A stretch of 64,000 nt of DNA from an uncultured bacterium (GCA_963717435.1 OY970332.1:704001-768000); one strand, 5' to 3'. Shown: positions 13,848 to 24,376, counted from the first letter of the stretch. The notes: generated by a model from the sequence alone, not told the origin. Program-made: numbers and translations.

Positions 13848-15374
13848 ATGAGATTTATATACAACTTAATGTTGGCCATTACGCTAGTTTTGAGTAGCGT
13901 TTGTCATGCAAATCCAAACGATATTTTCTTCCAGAAAAGACCCGATGGAGTAGTTTACCCCAAGGGTTTTCTGAAGGGTGTTGCATGCTCAACCTATCAA
14001 AATGGTGGGCACAATTATTGGGAATCGCTCGGTTATAAGCCAGAAAGCAACTGGACATGGTTTGAAAAGAATTTTACCGCTCGTTTTATTATTAATCGTG
14101 AAAGAGAAGCTGGTAGATCTTGGACATTTTGCAAATCATCTCCCATTGATCGTGGTGAAAAAGTTGGAATATCTGCAGACGGCTGGAATCGCATGTTTGA
14201 TGATATTCAGCTGATTAAAAATTTGGGTTGTAATGCTTATCGTTTTGAAATGCCATGGACGGATTTGAATCCGAAACAAAATATTTGGAACGAAGAAGCT
14301 TTTGAATTTTTTGACAGATATATCGATGAATTAAAGAAAAACGGTATAGAACCAATAGTTACTTTATATCACTGGGTACACCCAAAGTGGTTTTCGGATC
14401 TTGATGCGTGGGAAAAAGAAGAAAATATTAAATACTTTGTGCGTTATTGCCAAGAGGTTTTTAAGCGTTATGGTCACAAAGTAAAATATTGGGCCACTAT
14501 CAATGAACCAACAGTGATCAGTGTTTGCGGGTATGTTATGGGATCTCACTCACCCGGCAGAAAAGATCTAGCATCGCCAATTTTTAGAGCATTTTGTTAT
14601 GACACTATGCTTTCTATGGTCCCAAATAATTATAGACTCGCAGGGACAGTTTTGGGAAATTTGTTTAAAGCGCATATAGAAGTATATAATGCGATCAAAG
14701 CCATGCCTCATGGCCAGCAGGCTCAAGTAAGTATTGTTCACCAAATGGCTCTTTTTGATGCAAAAATAAAAACTGGTGTAAGCGGGTTATTAAATCCTAT
14801 AAGTAAAATGCTCGCAAAGCAGTTTAATAAGAATTTTTCCCATGAAATATTCATGAAATTTTTTACGACAGGCGTTTTTGAATATGAAGTTCCCGGGGAA
14901 GAACCGGTTAAATTTAAAGACACACGAGCGCTTAATAGTCTTGATTTTATAGGTCTTAATTTTTATGCAGATATGACATTTGGTCCAGCGCCCGAGTGTC
15001 ACGAAGACGAAGAGATGACAGACATGGATATGTGGGCGATTCGTCCATACTCGTTATATAAAGCCATAAAAGAAATTTCTGTGTTTAATTTGCCAATTAT
15101 AATAACTGAAAATGGTATTCCTGACGCAAAAGACGATCGTCGTGAAAAATGGATTATTGGGTATAATAACGCAGTAAAGCAAGCCCTGGACGATGGCTAT
15201 GACGTAAGAGGGTATTGTTATTGGTCGTTAGTTGACAATTTCGAGTGGAACATGGGACATAATAAAAAATTCGGTCTCTATGCTGTCGATACATTAAGTG
15301 ACGATCCGTCTAAAAAAGAGCGTAGTTTGCGCAAGGGCTCTTGTGCATATCGCGATTATGTTAGAGTAGAATAA
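13848..15374 (+). CDS. Glycoside hydrolase family 1 (beta-glucosidase-like) with signal peptide
   Basis: TLYHW, TINEP acid/base, ITENG nucleophile, WSLVDNFEW, KFGLY; N-terminal ..VCHA signal peptide. Confidence 0.93.
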   Translation: MRFIYNLMLAITLVLSSVCHANPNDIFFQKRPDGVVYPKGFLKGVACSTYQNGGHNYWESLGYKPESNWTWFEKNFTARFIINREREAGRSWTFCKSSPIDRGEKVGISADGWNRMFDDIQLIKNLGCNAYRFEMPWTDLNPKQNIWNEEAFEFFDRYIDELKKNGIEPIVTLYHWVHPKWFSDLDAWEKEENIKYFVRYCQEVFKRYGHKVKYWATINEPTVISVCGYVMGSHSPGRKDLASPIFRAFCYDTMLSMVPNNYRLAGTVLGNLFKAHIEVYNAIKAMPHGQQAQVSIVHQMALFDAKIKTGVSGLLNPISKMLAKQFNKNFSHEIFMKFFTTGVFEYEVPGEEPVKFKDTRALNSLDFIGLNFYADMTFGPAPECHEDEEMTDMDMWAIRPYSLYKAIKEISVFNLPIIITENGIPDAKDDRREKWIIGYNNAVKQALDDGYDVRGYCYWSLVDNFEWNMGHNKKFGLYAVDTLSDDPSKKERSLRKGSCAYRDYVRVE

Positions 15375-15396
15375 TTTTAGATAAAATATTTTTTGT

Positions 15397-15425
15397 GGGA
15401 GAGTAAATCTGTTTTTACTCTCCCA
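15397..15425. terminator. Hairpin terminator between convergent genes
   Basis: TGGGAGAGTAAA...TTTACTCTCCCA. Confidence 0.75.
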
Positions 15426-15546
15426 TAATTTTTTTAAATAGTTTTTAAATACTTAAAGTATTACTTAAACTTTTGTGTGAGATTTAGTTTATAAAAAATA
15501 GTTTCTTAGATTTATACCGCTTATTTCCAGAATTGCGGTGGGCTGG

Positions 15547-16464
15547 CTATTCTAAAATTTCTTTAAGTTCTCTAGTTTTTATATCTTCTTTATAGAATAT
15601 TAATAACCCAGCAAGAGTTATTATTGCCGAAATTACAAATACATTTGACCATTGTTCGCCCAAGAATAGCAGGCCGTAAATATAGACAAAAATTGGGACA
15701 GAAAAACCTGATAACGCAATAAGTGTGGAAGTGTGTTCTTTAAGTATTTTTCCGTATAGTCTGTAAGCTATTATGTTTCCAACAAATACTGTATATGCGA
15801 TTAAACCAATTAGCCTGAAATTGATTTGTGATATTTCGGGCATAGTTTCTTGTGTAACGGAAGCTATTGTCGCAACAATACCAGTAATCGTCATAGTGAC
15901 ACCATTTAATTCTAGTGGCGTATAGCGCTCGCGTTTAAGTAGCATTTGAACGATCATCCACCCATATCTGCTTATGGCAACCGAAAGAAACATCGCTATT
16001 TCTGGGTAAGATAATACACCAAAACTCGATACGCCAATTTCTGTATTTGTTGTAGATAGCACAAGAATAGACAGGCCAATAATTGCGACTATTATTCCTA
16101 ACAGTTTATTAAGAGTTAATTTTTCATTAAACAAAAAATAAGAGTAAACTGCCGTAACAAATGGATCTATACTTCCCAATAACGTTACTTTAGAAGACAG
16201 CATGTTTTTTAGGGCAAAAGATTTTAAGATAGAGGGCACAAAAGTCGTTAATAAAGCTACGCCCAAAATTACTATAAGATCTTGCTTTAAATAATTTAGT
16301 TTTATTCGTTCAGATTTTTTATACAAGCAGTAACCAATAATTATCACACCAGCAACTAGCATTCTTGTTGCCACGGCAAGAACTGGGGGCAAGGTAGCGA
16401 GTATCAATTTGTTTACTGTTATTGCGCTTGCAAGAAGTGCAAATGTTAAGAAAACTATTAGCAT
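15547..16464 (-). CDS. DMT/EamA family transporter
   Basis: About 10 TM, P...A.RML.AG, LFNEKLT, LFLGE repeats. Confidence 0.88.
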   Translation of the reverse strand: MLIVFLTFALLASAITVNKLILATLPPVLAVATRMLVAGVIIIGYCLYKKSERIKLNYLKQDLIVILGVALLTTFVPSILKSFALKNMLSSKVTLLGSIDPFVTAVYSYFLFNEKLTLNKLLGIIVAIIGLSILVLSTTNTEIGVSSFGVLSYPEIAMFLSVAISRYGWMIVQMLLKRERYTPLELNGVTMTITGIVATIASVTQETMPEISQINFRLIGLIAYTVFVGNIIAYRLYGKILKEHTSTLIALSGFSVPIFVYIYGLLFLGEQWSNVFVISAIITLAGLLIFYKEDIKTRELKEILE

Positions 16465-16652
16465 TATTTAGCAATTCGATTAATCTGACCAGGTTTTTTG
16501 AATTACTATAATAGTGTCGAGAAATACTGCTTTTATGTCAAATTTATGCATAAATTTTGATATTACTTGCCAACTTTTTAAAATTACTTAAAATTTAGTT
16601 TGTTTACAGGGGAAATTTAGGTAAAATGTTAGTGAAAAATTAGAAAGTTATT

Positions 16653-17936
16653 ATGTCAAATCAATCGCTTGTTATTAACCAGTCTCAGCCTCTAAATGGC
16701 GAAATTAAGATCTCTGGGGCAAAAAATGCAGTTTTGGTTATTATGGCTTCTTTGATATTACCATCGGGTAAGTCAAAATTGACCAATGTTCCAAATTCTT
16801 CTGATGTTTTCCAAATGATAGTTCTACTTGAAAGTCTTGGCGCCCAGGTCAAATTTGATGCCAATTTGGGGATTCTAGAGATAGATAGTTCCACTATTGA
16901 TAGACATAAGGTTAGTTCTGAAATAATGAAAAAGATGAGAGCCTCGATACTTGTCATGGGGCCATTGCTTGCCAGGTTCAAAAGAGCTGAAGTTGCCCTT
17001 CCTGGTGGGTGCGTAATTGGTGCAAGACCTATAGATTATCACTTGAAGTTGCTTTCCAGAATGGGAGTAGACATACAGTTTTCGGGCGAATTTTTGACTG
17101 CATCTACGGGTTCACTCAGAAGTGCGCGATTAATACTTGAATATCCTAGTGTTGGCGCAACTGAAAATGCTCTAATGGCAGCCGTTGCAGCTTCGGGACC
17201 TACCCAGATTATTAATGCTGCTATAGAACCGGAAGTTTTAGATTTAATAACTGTTTTGCGCAAAATGGGCGCTGTTATAAATATTTTGCCTCCTGCGACC
17301 ATAGAAATTTATCCTGCAACTCAGCTTCACCCAATAGAACATGATGTTATGCCTGATAGGCTAGAAGCAGGATCGCTGTTATTGGCCGCTTCAGTTACAG
17401 GTGGTGAAATTTTAATTCCAAATGCTCCCGCTTTATTAATGGACGTATTTTTACTTAAACTGCAGGAAATGGGACATTCAATGGCAATTGGTGAAAATGG
17501 CATGGGTGTCTGGATTAAGGCAACAAAAACACCACAAGCTGTTTCTTTTAAAACTATGCCATACCCCGGTTTCCCTACTGACTTGCAGGCACCTATGCTT
17601 GCAGCTTTATGCTTGGCAACAGGAACAAGTATTGTTCAGGAAACGGTTTATGAAAATCGTATGTTGCATGTTCGTGAATTACAAAAAATGGGTGCGCAAA
17701 TTACCGTTGAAGGCACAACTGCGATAGTTAAAGGTGTCGATGAACTTTATGGCGCGCAAGTTATTGCCCCTGATATTCGTGGCGGATACGCACTTGTTGT
17801 TGCGGGTCTTGCAGCCAAAGGACAAACTACTATTACTGGCGTACATCATTTAAGGCGCGGCTATGAAGAAATGGACGTTAAGCTTAGCAGTCTTGGTGCA
17901 AGTCTAGCTTTTAAAGATGGCCAGTTATTGGGTTAG
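16653..17936 (+). CDS. murA: UDP-N-acetylglucosamine 1-carboxyvinyltransferase
   Basis: SGAKNA, MRASIL, LPGGCVIGARP, SVGATEN, PGFPTDLQ. Confidence 0.98.
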   Translation: MSNQSLVINQSQPLNGEIKISGAKNAVLVIMASLILPSGKSKLTNVPNSSDVFQMIVLLESLGAQVKFDANLGILEIDSSTIDRHKVSSEIMKKMRASILVMGPLLARFKRAEVALPGGCVIGARPIDYHLKLLSRMGVDIQFSGEFLTASTGSLRSARLILEYPSVGATENALMAAVAASGPTQIINAAIEPEVLDLITVLRKMGAVINILPPATIEIYPATQLHPIEHDVMPDRLEAGSLLLAASVTGGEILIPNAPALLMDVFLLKLQEMGHSMAIGENGMGVWIKATKTPQAVSFKTMPYPGFPTDLQAPMLAALCLATGTSIVQETVYENRMLHVRELQKMGAQITVEGTTAIVKGVDELYGAQVIAPDIRGGYALVVAGLAAKGQTTITGVHHLRRGYEEMDVKLSSLGASLAFKDGQLLG

Positions 17937-17971
17937 ATCTTAAAAAATTAATTTTTTAAGAAAAACTTCAC

Positions 17972-18829
17972 TTAGTTGCTGCCAGTTAACTCTGTTAGCT
18001 CTTTTGTAATTTCTGCTTGTCTTAGCTTGTTATATTCTAGCTTCATGATATTAATCAAATCAGAAGCATTTCTGGTTGAGCTATCCATAGAAATAAATCG
18101 TGCGGCTTGTTCAGCCAGTAGAGAGTCAAAAAGAAGTTCTGTGATAGAGATACGAATAATAGTTTTTTTTAGCGACGAAGTTAGACTTGTAGCACTTTGG
18201 GGCCAAATATATTCGCCAATATTTTTAGTGTTCTGCGTGTTATCTGTTTGCTCTGGGATTGGGTAAACTACAGTTTTTTTCTGTTTTTGTATAAAAAAGC
18301 TTTTTGCCCAGTTGCTATAAACTATAATTTTCCCGTAATTACTTATATTGTCGTTAATAAACTTAGATAACTCTTTTGCAATGTCATTAAAGTTTGTTGA
18401 ACTAAATTGTGGAAAATTCAGAATCGTAGGGATCTTTTCTTGCCCAAGATGCTTAATTCCTTCTTTGCCGACAACAATAATATCAGAATTGCCGTCACCA
18501 CTTTTTTGGCTATTATAATAACCAAAAAGTGAATTGTTAAAATTTCCACAAAGACCCTTTTCAGAAGACAAAATTATAACCAGATTTTTGGGTTTTTTAG
18601 GTTCAGAGATTGGTTCAGAAGCGGTTTCAAAACTAAGTTGTTTATTGTTTGTTTGACTGCTGACTAAAGCCCACAATTTTCTTATTTCTCTGTTATAATT
18701 ATCAAGAAAGCTTTTTTTGCCTCTTAGCTTAAGATTGTTGGACATTGAAACAAGCTGCATAGCGTGAGTGATTTTTTTTATTGTCTCTGCTGCTTTAATT
18801 CTTTGTTTCAGGTTAACTAACTGTGCCAT
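17972..18829 (-). CDS. atpG: F0F1 ATP synthase subunit gamma
   Basis: KITHAMQLVS, EKGLCGNFN, EQAARFISMD..TRNA, YNKLRQAEITKEL. Confidence 0.96.
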   Translation of the reverse strand: MAQLVNLKQRIKAAETIKKITHAMQLVSMSNNLKLRGKKSFLDNYNREIRKLWALVSSQTNNKQLSFETASEPISEPKKPKNLVIILSSEKGLCGNFNNSLFGYYNSQKSGDGNSDIIVVGKEGIKHLGQEKIPTILNFPQFSSTNFNDIAKELSKFINDNISNYGKIIVYSNWAKSFFIQKQKKTVVYPIPEQTDNTQNTKNIGEYIWPQSATSLTSSLKKTIIRISITELLFDSLLAEQAARFISMDSSTRNASDLINIMKLEYNKLRQAEITKELTELTGSN

Positions 18830-18983
18830 TTACAGCCCTAATATAATTTAGTTTAGATTATAAAAAAGTCTTATTTTTGTTGCTAATTTTAAGTATTATT
18901 TAATTAATTATTTAATAAAGTACTTTCTTCAAGTTTTTTTGGCAATATCTGAGTAAATTAAAATTGATCAGGGGGAAAAATAT

Positions 18984-19607
18984 ATGATTCTTTTAATTGA
19001 TGCTTATAATATTTTGAAACGGATTTATTCGGGACAATATATTTCAGAGAGCCAAAAAGGCATGTTCGTAAATCAGATCATAAAATATTGTTCTCTTGGC
19101 GGAACAAATAAGAACTTAAAAGCTATAATAGTCTTTGATGCTGGAGGAAATACATACCCTGATATTGAATCCCGTGCAAATGTTACGGTTGTGCATTCTG
19201 GTAGCAGAATAAACGCAGATGATTATATAAAAGAGTATATTGAAAAAAACAGAAATAAAGCTGAATTTTTACTTGTTTCTTCTGATAGGGAACTGAAAAA
19301 ATATGCTCAAAAATTTAATATAGAATCTGTGGGTGGCTACGAATTTTATCAAATGGTGACCCAGAACGAGCATGAAAATAAAAATTTGAGTACTAAAAAA
19401 ATAAAAATTATTAAAAAAGAACTATTAGAAGACGAAGAAGGCTCAGAAAATTCTGAACTTGATAAACTTATGGAACGGTCAGCTGGTATAAAATTTGAAA
19501 AAATTGATCTCGATGAAATCGAAAATAGCGCCTCTACGCGATCTAGCAACTCAAAGAGACCGTCAAAACAAGATAGAAAGCTTTTGAAGATTGTTAAGAA
19601 GCTTTAA
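18984..19607 (+). CDS. NYN (YacP/Rae1-like) PIN-fold RNase domain protein
   Basis: LIDAYN, IVFDA, ADDYI, VSSDREL. Confidence 0.85.
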   Translation: MILLIDAYNILKRIYSGQYISESQKGMFVNQIIKYCSLGGTNKNLKAIIVFDAGGNTYPDIESRANVTVVHSGSRINADDYIKEYIEKNRNKAEFLLVSSDRELKKYAQKFNIESVGGYEFYQMVTQNEHENKNLSTKKIKIIKKELLEDEEGSENSELDKLMERSAGIKFEKIDLDEIENSASTRSSNSKRPSKQDRKLLKIVKKL

Positions 19608-19661
19608 AATATTTTTTTGGAAAAAATTATATAAAATTAAGAGAAAAAATTAGAGAAAACT

Positions 19662-20111
19662 ATGGAAAAAAATCAAAAAAATGAACTTAATGGGCAGCTT
19701 GTTTATAGCTTGGAAGAAGTAGGCAAAGCTGTAGAGCTACTGAATAATCTTACTCAAAAATATTCTGTAATAGCCCTGTCTGGTAGCTTGGGTGCGGGTA
19801 AGACTACTTTGGTACAAAATTTTTTAAAATCACATGGGGCCAAAGAGCCGATATTGAGCCCGACTTTTGCCTATTTTAACAAATATGAACTAGGTAAAAA
19901 AACTTACTATCACTTTGATCTTTATAGACTTGCTAATCTTGAAGAGTTTGGTGCTCTGGGATTTGACGAACTGCTTCATGAACCAAATTCTGTATCTTTA
20001 GTTGAATGGCCCGAGGTTATCGAGCCATTATTAACTAAATCTACTTGCAAAATCTCTTTGGATTATTCTGGCTTTGATAAAAGAATATTAAATTATAGCT
20101 GTAAACTATAA
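19662..20111 (+). CDS. tsaE: t6A biosynthesis ATPase TsaE
   Basis: GSLGAGKTT, SPTF, HFDLYRL, VEWP. Confidence 0.96.
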   Translation: MEKNQKNELNGQLVYSLEEVGKAVELLNNLTQKYSVIALSGSLGAGKTTLVQNFLKSHGAKEPILSPTFAYFNKYELGKKTYYHFDLYRLANLEEFGALGFDELLHEPNSVSLVEWPEVIEPLLTKSTCKISLDYSGFDKRILNYSCKL

Positions 20112-20144
20112 TAAAAATATTTTTAGCCAGAAAATTTAAATAAT

Positions 20145-20342
20145 TTACTTTTTCTTCGCTTTTTTAGCAGTTTTTTTCGGGACTTTAATACCCTTTGCTC
20201 TTGCTTCTGAAAGGCCTATTGCAATAGCCTGTTTTCTGCTTTTTACTGTTTTTTTGGATTTGCCACTTTTTAGCTTACCCTTTTTGAATTTTTTCATAGC
20301 TGCTTTAACTACTTTTTGTGATTTTTTACCATATTTTGCCAT
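20145..20342 (-). CDS. Small Lys-rich protein (DUF6496-like)
   Basis: GKLKSGKS..VKSRKQAIAIGLSEAR motif; GGAGG RBS before MAKYG. Confidence 0.8.
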   Translation of the reverse strand: MAKYGKKSQKVVKAAMKKFKKGKLKSGKSKKTVKSRKQAIAIGLSEARAKGIKVPKKTAKKAKKK

Positions 20343-20667
20343 ATTGGCCTCCATTTAAAATAAATATTTTTTAAAACTACACACTCTCTGATATTTATTT
20401 TATTTTAAATTTTGCTTTAAAAGCAATAGTTTTTATATAATTTTTTGTATATTTTTTTAATAATTTTAAATTTTAATTTTGCAAAATTAAAATTTATACA
20501 GCTTATATAACTGTATTTATCAGCTTATTATCGAGCTTAAGATTTTATTGTTTTTTAAAAAAATTCTATAACTTATAGTGATTTATATATGATTTATACT
20601 GTAAAATTGTAAAAATTAAGTTGAAATGATTTTAAATATACAATATGCTATTTTGCATTGGTTCTAC

Positions 20668-20752
20668 GGTGAGATTCCCGAGCGGTCAAAGGGGGCGGAC
20701 TGTAAATCCGTTGGCTCAGCCTTCGTAGGTTCGAATCCTACTCTCACCACCA
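20668..20752 (+). tRNA. tRNA-Tyr(GTA)
   Basis: GCGGA-CTGTAAA-TCCGT, long variable arm, CCA. Confidence 0.97.
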
Positions 20753-20844
20753 TTATTTCCGCAGGAAATGAATGGCAGGCCAGTTAAAAAAAGTTTTTTT
20801 GTATTTGATTAAAATTAAAAAAACTGCTTAAATTTGTAAACCGC

Positions 20845-20920
20845 GCGGGAATAGCTCAATTGGTAGAGCGGCAGCCTTCCAAGCTGTAGGTTGCGGGTTC
20901 GAGTCCCGTTTCCCGCTCCA
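20845..20920 (+). tRNA. tRNA-Gly(TCC)
   Basis: GCGGGAA acceptor, TTCCAA loop, CCA. Confidence 0.97.
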
Positions 20921-20929
20921 GAAAGCATT

Positions 20930-21005
20930 GCTGGCGTAGCTCAGTTGGTAGAGCAGCTGATTTGTAATCAGCAGGTCGCTGGTTCAAATCCAGTCGCCAG
21001 CTCCA
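20930..21005 (+). tRNA. tRNA-Thr(TGT)
   Basis: GCTGA-TTTGTAA-TCAGC, CCA. Confidence 0.97.
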
Positions 21006-21084
21006 TAAATTCAAAAATTGCTATTGTCTTTGTTTTTGTTAAATTAAATTATAATTTAAATAATAGTGATAATTGTAATGATTG

Positions 21085-21160
21085 GCCCACGTAGCTCAGT
21101 TGGTAGAGCACTTCCTTGGTAAGGGAGAGGTCACCGGTTCAAATCCGGTCGCGGGCTCCA
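21085..21160 (+). tRNA. tRNA-Thr(GGT), one A-C mismatch in acceptor stem
   Basis: CTTCC-TTGGTAA-GGGAG, CCA. Confidence 0.93.
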
Positions 21161-21217
21161 GGTGTACAGAGCGATGTAATAGCGCAAAATTTAATTTAAA
21201 ATCACAGGTTATTTATT

Positions 21218-21376
21218 ATGGCAAAAAATAGAGTAACTACTCATTTGGCTTGTGAAAGTGCAAAGAGCGTAATTATACGCAAGTTGTATCTAAAAAGCGA
21301 ACTGTTGGTTCTCTGAAACTTAAGCAAATTTTGCTTCCGCTGCCGCAAGCACAATATGCATAAAGAAACAAAATAA
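21218..21376 (+). CDS. rpmG: 50S ribosomal protein L33 (zinc-type), two frameshifts in this sequence
   Basis: Manual reconstruction MAKNRVTTHLACE / CKERNYT...LKL / SKFCFRCRKHNMHKETK*. Confidence 0.88.
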
Positions 21377-21392
21377 CAGTATTTAATGTATT

Positions 21393-21468
21393 AGGCCAGT
21401 AGCTCTAATGGTAGAGCGGCAGACTCCAAATCTGAGGGTTGGGGGTTCGAATCCCTCCTGGCCTGCCA
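21393..21468 (+). tRNA. tRNA-Trp(CCA)
   Basis: GCAGA-CTCCAAA-TCTG arm, CCA end, canonical position before secE. Confidence 0.96.
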
Positions 21469-21510
21469 AGAAGAGTTGAAAAATAATAAAATAGTGCTTT
21501 GGGTATAATA

Positions 21511-21703
21511 ATGAAACAAATTACGCAGTTTCTTAAAGAAGTTAGGGTTGAGTTATCAAAAGTAGAGTGGCCAAAAACTGATGAGTTTTTGGGCGCTATT
21601 AGTTATAACCCTCTTTTTTATGATCTTCTTTGCGATATTTTTAGGTTCAGTTGATCAGAATAATTACTTTGTTGGCGCTAGAAGGTTTATTTAATTGGAG
21701 TAA
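21511..21703 (+). CDS. secE: Preprotein translocase SecE (frameshifted; end approximate)
   Basis: MKQITQFLKEVRVELSKVEWP followed by TM segment in another frame. Confidence 0.88.
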
Positions 21704-21716
21704 TAGGTTATTCTTC

Positions 21717-22236
21717 ATGAAACGATGGTATGTAGTTCAGGTTTATGCTGGATATGAAGAGATAGTAAAAGCTGATCTTAATAAGCGAATTGAGGAAGAA
21801 GGTATGCAAGACCTGTTCGGTCAGGTGTTTATTCCTTCTACCAAAATGAAGCAGTTGTTTGATGTCGAAGAAGAAGCCAAAGATCAACAGCTTTTTCCTG
21901 GCTATATTTTGATTGAAATGGAGGCTGTTCCACAAGCGATTCGTCTTGTCGCTAAAACGTCAGCGTGTTTCGTTTTCTTGGTGGAAGCAGCCCGTCCCAT
22001 TATCTCAAAAAGAGATAGATACGAATCTTATCTCAAATGCAAGGGTGAGTATGCCGTGCCTTCATCAGGTCATGAATTTGAGGTTGGCAAGGAAGTTGAG
22101 ATTAAGATGGTCCATTTGCGGGCTTTGTTGGAATTATTGATAAGATAGACGAAGAAACTGAAGTCTCACGGTTATGGTTAGTATTTTTGGAAGAATGACT
22201 CCTGTTGAGCTTGGATTTAATCAAGTTAAGCGTTAA
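21717..22236 (+). CDS. nusG: Transcription factor NusG (frameshifted)
   Basis: MKRWYVVQVYAGYE, LFPGYILIEM, C-terminal VMVSIFGRMTPVELGFNQV in another frame. Confidence 0.93.
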
Positions 22237-22256
22237 TTAAGTAGATTGGTTAAAAC

Positions 22257-22690
22257 ATGGCAAAAGAAATTAAAGCTACGATTAGTATGCAATTGCCTGG
22301 TGGAGCAGCAACTCCAGCGCCTCCAGTTGGTTCTATTTTAGGTCAACAAGGTGTAAACATCATGGACTTTTGTAAGCAGTTTAATGCAAAAACTGCAGAC
22401 AGAAAAGGCCAAGTTGTTCCAGTAGTTGTAACAGTTTATACTGATAAGAAATTTGACTTTGTGATCAAAATGCCTCCTGCTTGCAGAATTGATTAAGAAA
22501 GAAGATTAATCTTGCAAAAGGTGCGTCTAAAGCCCATCACAAGAAGTTTCTGGGAAAATTTCATGGAAAGATATTGAAGATATTGCTAAATTGAAGCTTC
22601 CAGATCTAAATGCGATTAACTTTAGATGCAAGCAAAGAAGATCGTAATGCGGTACGGCAAGAAGTATGGGCGTTGAGTGTTATAGAATAG
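22257..22690 (+). CDS. rplK: 50S ribosomal protein L11 (frameshifted)
   Basis: [33 protein letters not shown] at the end in another frame. Confidence 0.93.
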
Positions 22691-22706
22691 TTAGGGGAAA
22701 TACAAT

Positions 22707-23400
22707 ATGTTAAATCATGGTAAAAAATACAGAAAAGCAGCGAGAGGACTAGTTCGCCAGACAGCTACTTTGTCTCTTAGGATGCTGTTAAAAAAGTTAA
22801 AGAACTGGCTTATGCTAAATTTGATGAATCTGTTGATGCTGAACGTCAATTTGGGTATAGATCGCATCAAAGGGTGATCAAGCTGTTCGTGGATCAATTA
22901 TCTTACCTCACGGTATTGGAAAAAAAGCTAGAGTGATAGTTTTTGCAAAAGGTGATTATGCTGATGCGGCAGAAAAAGCAGGCGCTGATTTTGTTGGTAC
23001 AGATGATCTTATTGAAAAGATAGAATCAGGATGGCTCGATTTTGATTATGCTGTTGCAACTCCAGATTTAATGGGTTTGGTTGGTAAATCTGCAAAGATT
23101 TTGGGACCCAGAGGGTTGTTGCCTAATAAGAAAAATGGAACTGTGACTTTTGATGTCGCAGAAGCCGTTGCGGATCTTAAAAAGGGGCGTCAATTTTTCA
23201 AGAATGACAAAAGTGGTTTAGTGCACTTTACTGTTGGTAAAGTCTCATTTGAGCCGCAAAAACTTCAAGAGAATTTGGTAGCTTTCTTGAAAGCTCTTGC
23301 TTCATCAAAACCTGCCTCTTCAAAGGGTAAGTTTTTGAGAAAGGTAACTCTATCTTCAACGATGGGTGTTGGCGTTCGAGTTAGCCTGGATGAAATTTAA
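22707..23400 (+). CDS. rplA: 50S ribosomal protein L1 (5' part frameshifted)
   Basis: HGKKYR, AKFDESVD, LPHGIGK, ILGPRGLLPN, SSTMGVG. Confidence 0.93.
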
Positions 23401-23429
23401 ACGATTAAGTTAGATAGGTGGAATTGCAG

Positions 23430-23957
23430 ATGAATCGTCAAGAAAAGCAGTTAGTTATTGATTCTTTAAAGAAAAGTTTTTCTGAAAACTCAGGATCTTT
23501 TCTTGTCGGAATTAAGGGCATGACTGTTGAAGAATTGAGGACGCTTCGTAAAGGTGTTGTGAGTCAGGGTGGTCAATTGCAAGTCATCAAAAATACATTG
23601 ATGAAAGTTGCTGTTAAAGATATGCCCGGGCTTTCAGATTTGACTCCTTATTTTAAGGATCAAATTGCTTTGGTTTTTGCTTCTAAAGAAGTTCCAGCCG
23701 TTGCAAAAGTCCTTTGCGGATATTCCGAGAATAATGAAAAACTGACAGTTGTTGCAGGATGTCTTGATCTAAAGTTATGGCTAAAAGTGGCGTGCAAGTA
23801 TTGGCAACATTACCATCCAAGAGAAGTATTGTTGGCTCAAGTTTGTGGCAACATGAAAGCTCCTATAAACAAATTTGTCAGCGTACTTAATATTCAAATT
23901 GTAAGAATGCTTTTGGTTCTAAATCAAATAGCTGAAAAGAAAAGTAAAAATAATTAA
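23430..23957 (+). CDS. rplJ: 50S ribosomal protein L10 (internal compensating frameshifts)
   Basis: MNRQEK, VIKNTL; VQVLATLPS lies in an alternative frame at ~23770-23820. Confidence 0.92.
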   Translation: MNRQEKQLVIDSLKKSFSENSGSFLVGIKGMTVEELRTLRKGVVSQGGQLQVIKNTLMKVAVKDMPGLSDLTPYFKDQIALVFASKEVPAVAKVLCGYSENNEKLTVVAGCLDLKLWLKVACKYWQHYHPREVLLAQVCGNMKAPINKFVSVLNIQIVRMLLVLNQIAEKKSKNN

Positions 23958-23987
23958 TTAATCCTTAATATTTATGTGGAGAATGCT

Positions 23988-24376
23988 ATGTCATCCAAAA
24001 CATATGAAAAAGTAATCGAACAAATTAGCAGCATGACAGTTCTTGAATTGTCTGAACTAGTTAAAGCTCTTGAAGAAAAATTCGGCGTTTCTGCTGCAAT
24101 GCCTGCAATGGCTGCTAGCAGCTCTTCTGCTGCTGCACCTGAAGCAGGTACAAAGCAAGAAGAAGAAAAGTCTGAATATAAAGTTGAGCTTGTTGATGGT
24201 GGCCCAGATAAGATCAAGTCTATCAAAGCTTTGCGTACAGTATCAACTTTCGCATTGACAGAAGCTAAGGATCTTGTTGAAAAGGCGGTGTTATTGCTGA
24301 AGCTGCTTCAAAAGATGATGCTAAGAAGATCAAAGAAGCTATGGAAGCTGCTGGTGCCAAAGTTAAGCTTAGCTAA
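23988..24376 (+). CDS. rplL: 50S ribosomal protein L7/L12 (frameshift near 3' end)
   Basis: MTVLELSELVKALEEKFGVSA, LTEAKDLVE, EAAGAKV in another frame. Confidence 0.93.

Noticed and set aside
20891-21094. 67-aa ORF
   Set aside because: Overlaps tRNA-Gly and tRNA-Thr
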